Shown in pieces: positions 44,149 to 64,000 of a stretch of DNA of 64,000 bases. The position numbers and the translations under genes were made by a program. The DNA is from the human T2T-CHM13v2.0 reference genome, Homo sapiens, in NCBI RefSeq assembly GCF_009914755.1, contig NC_060934.1. One strand, written 5' to 3'. The notes under the pieces were generated by a model, which saw nothing but the letters and a program-made list of their open reading frames with translations, ran no database searches and was not told the DNA's origin. The stretch's first letter is position 1; every line of letters begins with the position of its first letter.

Positions 44149-45090
44149 CAAAATAAGTATTTGTTTTGATATTAAAAGATTCAATACTGTATTTTCTGTT
44201 AGCTTGTGGGCATTTTGAATTATATATTTCACATTTTGCATAAAACTGCCTATCTACCTTTGACACTCCAGCATGCTAGTGAATCATGTATCTTTTAGGC
44301 TGCTGTGCATTTCTCTTGGCAGTGATACCTCCCTGACATGGTTCATCATCAGGCTGCAATGACAGAATGTGGTGAGCAGCGTCTACTGAGACTACTAACA
44401 TTTTGCACTGTCAAAATACTTGGTGAGGAAAAGATAGCTCAGGTTATTGCTAATGGGTTAATGCACCAGCAAGCAAAATATTTTATGTTTTGGGGGTTTG
44501 AAAAATCAAAGATAATTAACCAAGGATCTTAACTGTGTTCGCATTTTTTATCCAAGCACTTAGAAAACCTACAATCCTAATTTTGATGTCCATTGTTAAG
44601 AGGTGGTGATAGATACTATTTTTTTTTTCATATTGTATAGCGGTTATTAGAAAAGTTGGGGATTTTCTTGATCTTTATTGCTGCTTACCATTGAAACTTA
44701 ACCCAGCTGTGTTCCCCAACTCTGTTCTGCGCACGAAACAGTATCTGTTTGAGGCATAATCTTAAGTGGCCACACACAATGTTTTCTCTTATGTTATCTG
44801 GCAGTAACTGTAACTTGAATTACATTAGCACATTCTGCTTAGCTAAAATTGTTAAAATAAACTTTAATAAACCCATGTAGCCCTCTCATTTGATTGACAG
44901 TATTTTAGTTATTTTTGGCATTCTTAAAGCTGGGCAATGTAATGATCAGATCTTTGTTTGTCTGAACAGGTATTTTTATACATGCTTTTTGTAAACCAAA
45001 AACTTTTAAATTTCTTCAGGTTTTCTAACATGCTTACCACTGGGCTACTGTAAATGAGAAAAGAATAAAATTATTTAATGTTTTAATATG
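44149..45090 (+). other. CEP55: CEP55 3' UTR (end approximate)
   Basis: AT-rich sequence after the stop, with no recognisable repeat, ending after AATAAA 45064-45069 and followed by GT-rich sequence. Confidence 0.8.
45064..45069 (+). terminator. Poly(A) signal AATAAA (distal); proximal pair at 44856-44861 and 44866-44871
   Basis: Hexamers seen directly; TGTCTAGTGTATTCGTGT downstream element. Confidence 0.75.
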
Positions 45091-45131
45091 TCTAGTGTAT
45101 TCGTGTATATATAGATATTCTAAGATTCTTA

Positions 45132-45323
45132 TTTAAAAAAACAAATGTGTTGGACATAATCAAAATTCAAGATTTTCACAATAAAATATTTAAGACATAA
45201 TTCAAAGCACATTATCAAAAAAGTGAAAATACAACCAACAGAAAGAGAAAAAATATTTTCAAACCATGTATCTGATAAGGGTCTAGTATCCAGAATATAT
45301 AAAGCACCATTACAACTCAATAA
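45132..45323 (+). mobile_element. Old L1M internal fragment flanked by a perfect 21-bp direct repeat
   Basis: tatctgataagggtctagtatccagaatatataaag (L1 ORF2 3' part); ATAGATATTCTAAGATTCTTA at 45111-45131 and 45324-45344. Confidence 0.8.
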
Positions 45324-46849
45324 ATAGATATTCTAAGATTCTTACCCCCAAGGACTTATCAGGGGTTACAGATTAACACTCAGTGTAAGATGATAAGGCA
45401 GTTAAGGATACATCAGAACCGAAAACTATGTGAAGGAGTTAGAAGGAGTAGATGCTTTCACGCATCTTTCTTAAATAAATAACTCTTTATCAATAAATAT
45501 GAATTTGAGTTGTTTGTTACAGAGGCAAAACAATAAGCATGCCAAATTATATAGGGTTTTTTTTTCTAACCATAGAAATTATACAGATCTGTTTATGGAA
45601 ATAAAATTTTGCCATTACTGTTAATCCCAGGCTCACAAGATCTTCAACTACAGTTGAACAAAAGATATGGACATATTCAGCCGCATAGTTCTTATTCCGA
45701 TCCACAATGTTATAGCAAAGACCATAGTATTAAATCATAAATATATGCCATAAGGAAGTTGCTCCCCTTACAACTTTAAAGCAAGCCAGTATTACCTCTA
45801 GTTTGTAGATGTGGAACATGTCTTGGTCATCCAGTGAGCAGTGGAGTCAAGCAGAACCCAGGCCTTTGGTCCGTGCCTGTATGGAACAAGAGATGTGGTC
45901 TCATGGGATAACTGGCCAGGACATAAACCATAACAGAAGCGCCAGCCTGATGACCTCTGAAGTTTGATTCCCAGAGCCACAGGGTGATCTGGAGTTTGTT
46001 TCAAGACTCTTGTACTTTCTGTGTTTCACTGGAGGGCTGTACTTAGCTTTCCCTGCTCACTTTAGCCACCTACATCTGGGCACCAATATCAAAAAAATAC
46101 TTTGGAAAAATTGGGCAGGCTTCTTGTGGAGCTCTGCTACTGTAGAGGGGGAATTTATATATTTCCGAAGAGTAGATGATTTAGAGCAGGAAGGATTCTA
46201 CTTTCCCAGATCATGTTACCAAAGCAAGGGTCAATAAAAGGCATCTTCAAGACCTGAAAATCTTCAAGGTTCTCATAATTGAAGACTTTTTTTCCCCCTT
46301 CACTGTCCACCTTTTTTCTTGGCAGATAACCACTTACCCTTAGGGCATGTTTTCTTCTGTGGGACTGTAAACTACCAGAAACCATGCTAGATACTTTAAC
46401 TACTTATACTCATTAGCTCTTCCTTGCAAATCTGTGAAGTAAAGTGCTAGCACCAGCACCATTTTTCAGATGAGAAAACTAAGGCTTGCAGAGAGTGAAC
46501 AATTTGCCCAAGGTCACCACTGATAAGTAGTAAAGAAAGGATATAAACTCAGCTCAGTGTGTCGCAGAGTTCATCTCTCTCCATTGTACAGTTACATTCC
46601 CAACCAACATGCTGGGGCTGCCATGCCAGGATTACTCCACTCTGTTGCTTTTTATTAAAAAATTATGTTACATATTTTATTACACAATTATTTTACATAA
46701 AATAAAATGTACAGATCAATGAGTTTTGACAGATGTATATATATATCATTGTAATCATCAGCCAAATAAAGTTATAGACTCTACCAACATTTCTGAAAGT
46801 TTCTTTAATTACTTCTAGTCCAGAATCCCCTCCTCCCAGAGGCAATCTA

Positions 46850-48610
<1,761 letters not shown>

Positions 48611-49801
48611 AAGTAAAATAATTGGTGTAGTTAATTTTAATAATATGTTTCATTTAACTATACATATCCCAAATATTATCACTTAACATATAATCAATAT
48701 AAAAACTATTAATGAGCTATTTTATGCTAAATCTTTGAAATTTAGTATTTCAAAATTACTGCACATCTCAATTTGGACTAACCACACTTGAAATGCTCAA
48801 TAGCCACATTGTGGCTGTCGTGGCTAAGGGCTACCATGTTGGATAGCATGGATCTAGGATCTCTCTTCTTTTACTAGAGTTCCCATTTCTCTTCTGAGTT
48901 CTCTATTCACCCATTCTGTCCATTTCTTCCTGTAAATTCTTTAGCATATTCATAGCAGCTTAAAACAGTTATCATAGATGCTAATTCCAACATCTAGGTC
49001 ATCTATGTGTCTATTTTTATTGGCTAATTTTTCTCATTATGGGTCACATTTTTTGTGTTTCTATACATGTCTATTAAATTTTTTAGTATAGGAGTGACAT
49101 TGTAGATGATACATTACAGAAATTCTGGATTATTTTCCTTTTGAGAATATACAGTTGTGTTCTTGGAGACTCAAATTGCCACATTTGTTTAGGCTGTATT
49201 TCACCATGCACTGTCAGGACTAAATAATACTCATGGGGGAAAGCCAGTTAAATATAGAACTCACTTTGCTTCCCTTCTTTCAAGAGCCATGGCCATTTCA
49301 GTGGCTGCCTGCCTTTGGTTGTTCTTCATTGCCATCAACAGTTGTTTTTCATATTTTGTCCAGAGTTTATAATTGTTATTGAATAGTGGGTTAGTCTGAT
49401 AAAAGCTACACTGTCATTACCAGAACTGGAACCATCTACTGGTTTTGGTATTTTCTGTTGTTGTTGTTTTGTTTTCCTTTTTTATTTTATTTTATTTTTT
49501 TTCTTAAGAAGTCTGTTGTATTTGAGCAGGAGTTTATGCTAGGAGCCATATTCTGTGTGTGCATGTCCAGCCTCCAACAAACCCACAAACTGGTGATTCC
49601 TTGGTGACTTTAATATCAGCAAACGTAACTCTCGTCCTCAGACAGAAGGCAGATGGAGGTAAATGGAGAAGGGAGGGAAGGATAAATGAGTTATAGGATC
49701 CATTGCTTTCACCAAGAGCTTAATGTTTTAAAGGCAGGGGCTACATGATAGAAAAATACATTCAAAGAAGAGAACTTCATGGGAAAAACTAAAACCTCTG
49801 A

Positions 49802-50181
<380 letters not shown>

Positions 50182-50966
50182 CAGCTAGCTACTTTGACAG
50201 CCAAGAAAACTGAAGCAAATCCCCCACTAACATTTAAAAAACAACAACAAAAAGACATTCCTGGGTTTCCAACCCAAATCCATAGCCAAAGCCCATCTTC
50301 TTTCTACCATGCCAGAAAACCCCTTATATATTCTCCAAACTCAGTAACCTTAAGTGAAATGTGTAAAGTGAAATAACCTTAAATGAGCCTTAATAAAACC
50401 TTAACTAGAGTAATAGAATTTTTCTTAGGTTAGAGAGAAAAACCGAAAACACCAACTGGTCTCTTGCACCCCTCTGATCTGAGAAGAAGGCCTGCCTTGT
50501 TCAACCCCTCCATCTGTTACCTGGATTCCCACTATGCCAGTTCTCTAACATCTTTACTTTCATTCTTCAAACATTTATTAAATGCAAAGCTCTGGGCTCA
50601 GTATTAGCGATAAGCAGCTTGATAAAGATAAAATGCAGCTTGATCTTCACAGTCTAGCGGAAGAGACCAATATCTAAACAGGTAAGTATAATACATTGTA
50701 GAAAGTGCTATAATCAAGGTATATATAGGGTAGAGGAGTTTATTTAAACTCTGGTTTATTCTAACAAAGATCAAAGATCTGACTCTTCAAAGACACAAAT
50801 CTTAGACTAACATAGAATAAAAAATAAGTAGGAAAAATACACATCTAAGAAAGGAAAATAGAGCCACTCACAAGGGTAGCTCCCCAGGCAGGCCATGGAG
50901 CCTTTCCAAGACAGCCATGAGTTTGGTGCTGAGCTTTGCAGATGGTGGCACAAAGAAACCATCCTG

Positions 50967-57424
<6,458 letters not shown>

Positions 57425-57518
57425 AAAGAAACCATCCTGTACACCATTTAGAGGACTTAAAAACACAACTGATCCTCAGAAGAAACACAACTAGAAGCAC
57501 TGTTGGTACTGAGACTAA

Positions 57519-57934
<416 letters not shown>

Positions 57935-60136
57935 TGATTTCTTAATACCTTTCCACATAGGCAAGAAACCTCAGTACCAGAGGCTACTCCATAATTCTCA
58001 ATGTCCAGTTACATCCAGCAGTTCTCTGCTGTTCTGGCTTATCCCAGAATAAATTTCAGGGTGAAGGGAGCCCCCTCTAACGCCCCCTCTGACGGGGGCC
58101 TGACAGGTTAAGGACCATGAGTCAGGCTGGCCACTGACGATCGCAGAGGCTGGAAATGCATGCTTTCACCCAAAGGGGGCGCAGCTGCTCAGCGCCAGCT
58201 GATGTCCCAGGGCGCTCTGAGTCCAGTGTAACTGATCTTTTTAGATTTTCCAAGAGAAATCTGGAATTTTGTTTGTTTGTTTGTTGGAATTTTAAAATAT
58301 GAAATCTAATAAAAGTTTTAACACTGTGGGACAAACTCATTTTTCGGTTCGTAACGTTTGTTTGGAGCATCTGAATGGGGCAAAAGAAGAGTGATTCGCT
58401 CAGGCTGGGGTGGGAGGAAAACCAAGGAAGGTTCTTGGTTCCCTCCCGAGTCTTACGCCGGAGGTCTCCCCACGTCCAGTTCAATTAAAGAGTGCTGATG
58501 TCAATGACACCGTGAACACCACCCTCCCTGACCCTCCCCTTCCACCTGCCATCTGGCTTCTTTCCTGGCTACACTTCTTGGACAGAGAGCTGGCTGGCTG
58601 CCAGCATTTCCTGGCTACCCTCTGCTCCCCTAATCAGACAACCGAGGGAGTGTCAGGGCTGGAAAGGAACTGTGAGATCATCTACTCCAGTGTCTTTTGT
58701 CCAGGAAATCCCTCACTCATGGAGCTTGTTGAAAACGGTGGTTCTTTGGCTTCCCCCAAATCTCCTAAATCAGAACATCTGGAAGAAGCTGCATTTTTAA
58801 CAAGCTCTCCAAAGCATCTCCAAAACATCTGATGCATTACTAAGATTGGAAACCTCTGATCTCATTTAACCCTGATGAAATGGAGTCCCAGAGAGGAAAG
58901 TGACTTTTCCAAGATCACAGAGCAGATTTGCAGGAGAGGGAAGGAGGCCCAGGCTCCCGAAGGCAATGGTTGTTAGGGCCCCTACCATCTGGGCTTGTAT
59001 GACACAATTCCAGCAACTTCGTTCTTTCCAAGCCCCCCAGTGCTTCGTCTTCCTAAGGCAAACCTAGCGGTTTATTGGCTTGATTCCCTTCTTCTTTGTC
59101 CTCTGTGCTGTGCTCTCTGCTTTTGAATCTAATTATTTTTGGCCTTGATGGTTGAGTAGGAAATATTAGCAAGACATCCAAGGGGCGTCCTCTCTGCCAT
59201 CCTGCCTGCAGATGGTAACACTGCAAATAAGTGGTAACACCCAAATAAGGGTGAAAGATCAAGACAAAGCTAGGGGTTTTTGTAGAGTGCATAGACAGAA
59301 TCCAGAGAGATGACAAAGAAAGGAGTAGAGAGGACTGAGCCCTGGGGACTGTCCCATGATCCAGAAGTAGATAGGAGCACTCAGAATCACATTCATGTTG
59401 TGTCACCCAAATCAAGCAACCATAGAAAGAAGGAATGGTACGCCCCGAGGAGAAAGAGTTAGCACCTGATTATGGCCTTCACCTCCTCGCCCGCCAGGTT
59501 CACTAGATTGATTTCACCCCAGGAGCGGCACATCTCCTACTAAAACGTTTTAATAGGTATTACAGGTAAATTTGCTGAAGAAATCTTTTCCCTTTCAGGT
59601 GATGTATCAAGCACTGATCTCGTCACTTGCTTCAGCAAATATTTAACCCATTTGCAACAAGCAAGGTGCCGTGCAAGGCTCTAGAGATGGAGAGAAGAGT
59701 AAAGCAGAGATCGTCTTCAGCAGAGCCATGGCCAGGCCGACATCAATGCAGATCAATGGCAGCACAATGAGGTAAATGCCACATTAAAGTCACCCCAAGG
59801 ATGAGAGGACAGGCTTTCCAAACAAGGCCATGACTGAGCTAGGTTTAAGAAAACAAATGCTATTTCAGTACTAGTAGTATTTGTTCCTGGACTTAGGTTG
59901 CAAGTAAGTCATTAGGCAGAGCTTAAAGAAAAATATGCCTTGTATTTTATTGGTCACTTTTTGATGTCAAAGGATGAGGCTGTAGAGGAAGGGCAGTAGA
60001 TCAATCCAGTTTCTGATACAGTGAAGGGCGTTGCTTCATATTCTACTAACTTGATGTTGAGAGTCACTTAGCTTCAAAAATACAGTAAGTAAATTATTTT
60101 GAATGCTGAACTATCAGAGGAGATAGTAAACAAAGG

Positions 60137-60765
<629 letters not shown>

Positions 60766-61145
60766 CTAAACTAAAGGTTTTAATGAAGGAGAAGAAAAGC
60801 CTTGGGGGAAAAATGCTATTATTCTGTTTGATTCACAAATTATGCATAATGGCACATGTGCTACCTTGCATGGATTATGAAGGCAAGCATTTTCACTTCA
60901 GTTTTGTAAGGTAGAGGTAAGGGGCAGGAGAAGCTGATAATAGAGGATTAAGAAAAAAACTTGTAGAGTATATTATTATCAGCATAAACTTAGCAATCTG
61001 TTAATTAAATTTTGATCTGTTAAATGAGTTTAACAATATGTTGCATATATGCCACAGTAGTAATTTCTTCCCTTGAAGGAGTGAACTTTACGGAAGTGAT
61101 TCTGTTTATTGGCACTCAAAAGAGAAGCACCTCAAATTAAAAAAA

Positions 61146-61783
<638 letters not shown>

Positions 61784-62639
61784 TCAAAATCCAGTATTCC
61801 AGGGGCTCCTGTGTATTAAGTGTTTTTAGTATCCCAGGTGATATGTTAAACACTTCATAAGTGTCATGTCATTTTATTCTCACAGTAACACTATATGGGC
61901 GTTTCTATAATGGTTCCATTATACAGATGAGAAAGCTATGTTTAGAGAGCTTGTCCAAGGTCAGACAGCAAAAAGGGTGGCAAGTCAGAATGTGAACCCA
62001 AGTGTGTCTGCCTCTAGAGGCTGAGCTATCAAACCCTACGTTATGTGGCCACTCTTCTATCACCCTAAAGCCAGAAAATGTATGTGAAAGCACATTGCAG
62101 ATGGCAAATACTGTCCCAGATTATTTTCATTTTTCAGCAATGACTGTAGTGTGGACGGAGCTGGAGAGAACGTGAGAGAAGAAAGTGACATGACCTGCCC
62201 CCAGAACTGCCATTCATTTTACTTGTCCATTATCACCATCTGTCATCCTCACCTGAAACTAGTATCAACGCAGGTGCATTCAAATGCAAATAACAGAAAA
62301 GACTTACACCATCACGACATTTATTGTCTTTTTAAAAAGAAGTATGGAATCAGATGCTTGCAGTTTAGATCAGCAATTTCACAAGGTTAGGGCTCTGGAC
62401 TCTCATCTCTATCACTCTGCCCAAGTTCACATCTCTACTGCTACAGTTCCAAGCCTCACATTCTAATAAGATTTTTCTTCAAAACCAAGAAGACACCTTG
62501 CCACGGTCATGAATGAGCACTCCTAATATGTTTCTTTTGTTTTATTGGAAAGTCCATTCTTTGGAAATGGAAATATTTATAAGGAAACTCCACAGCACAT
62601 GTCCCTTACATGTTATTGACTAGAAATGGATATATATTG

Positions 62640-63310
<671 letters not shown>

Positions 63311-63473
63311 CCGCACACTGCCACCCCCACATGTCAGGGAAGGAGGGTCTTGGGAAGGCTGCTGGGTGGGTGACTGCCACTCCACCTCACTTCCACTTAC
63401 TCCCCAACCAGGCCAGCAAGTCTGGTCACAGATGTGGCAGGGGAGGCTCCCCTTCTGTGGGTTTCCATGGCCT

Positions 63474-64000
63474 TGAAGGAAATAAAAATATTTCTCCCTA
63501 AAATATTGAGGATTGTTAAATTAAAGACCCTTAAAACACGGGAACACTCTACCTCACCCTCTACTTGCCTGATGGCAGGACATAAATCCTTCCAAACTGG
63601 ATGTGTGGGTGAATGGGCAGCTGGATGGATGAGTGGGCAGGTAGATAAGTGGGTGGATGGATGGGTGGGTGGATAATTGGGTGGATAGATGGGTGGGTAG
63701 GTGGATAGATGGGTGGAGGGTTCAATAGGTAGATGAATGGATGTGTGGGTGGGTGAATGTGTGGGTTGGTGAGTAGATGGATTGATGGATGGATGGATGG
63801 GTAGATGGGCAGGTGGATGGGTTGGTGGATGGATGGGTGGGTGGGTTAATGAATGGGTTTGTGGGTGGATGGATCAATGGATCTTCCATACTACTTATGC
63901 ACCCAGAGAAGGCACCAGCAGGTACCAGAGGAATCTGGAAGCAGATTTTACAATCTTTCCACATTTTCCCTACCTTTTAAAAAGGGAACTGCTCTCTCTC
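63474..64000 (+). mobile_element. Probable MER34/MER39-like ERV1 LTR split by a simple repeat
   Basis: Start TGAAGGAAATAAAAATATTTCTCCCTAAAAT resembles recalled MER34-group 5' ends. Confidence 0.45.
63597..63881 (+). repeat. Degenerate (TGGA/TGGG)n simple repeat
   Basis: Seen directly. Confidence 0.92.

Noticed and set aside
58410-58832. 140-aa ORF containing ASPKSP like CEP55 exon 9
   Set aside because: Six-residue coincidence; flanks show no CEP55 similarity, and the region overlaps a probable MER5-like fossil.
63597-63881. G-rich repeat as a telomeric or CRISPR-like array
   Set aside because: Degenerate (TGGA)n microsatellite with no TTAGGG units and no repeat-spacer structure.

Overview
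Primate (human-like) genomic DNA containing the complete CEP55 gene on the + strand. It has a CpG-island promoter and non-coding exon 1 (~12.6-12.9 kb), eight coding exons (16051-44148) that splice into a 464-aa ORF, and a 3' UTR ending near 45.09 kb. The rest is mostly interspersed repeat: about 40 Alus, two full-length but inactivated L1PA elements with target-site duplications (one in sense orientation in the last CEP55 intron, one downstream carrying a nested Alu), a 3'-truncated 5S rRNA retropseudogene, ERVL/MaLR LTR remnants, old L1M/L2/L3/MIR and hAT fossils, and a (TGGA)n tract. Almost all other ORFs in the track are Alu or L1 read-throughs. I see no evidence for a new biological system. 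The most unusual observations are small structural events: an old L1 fragment flanked by a perfect 21-bp duplication just past the poly(A) site, an Alu arm apparently copied from its neighbour, a tailless 5S copy and an inverted L1 duplication. Repeat subfamily names and boundaries are from recalled consensus sequences and are approximate.
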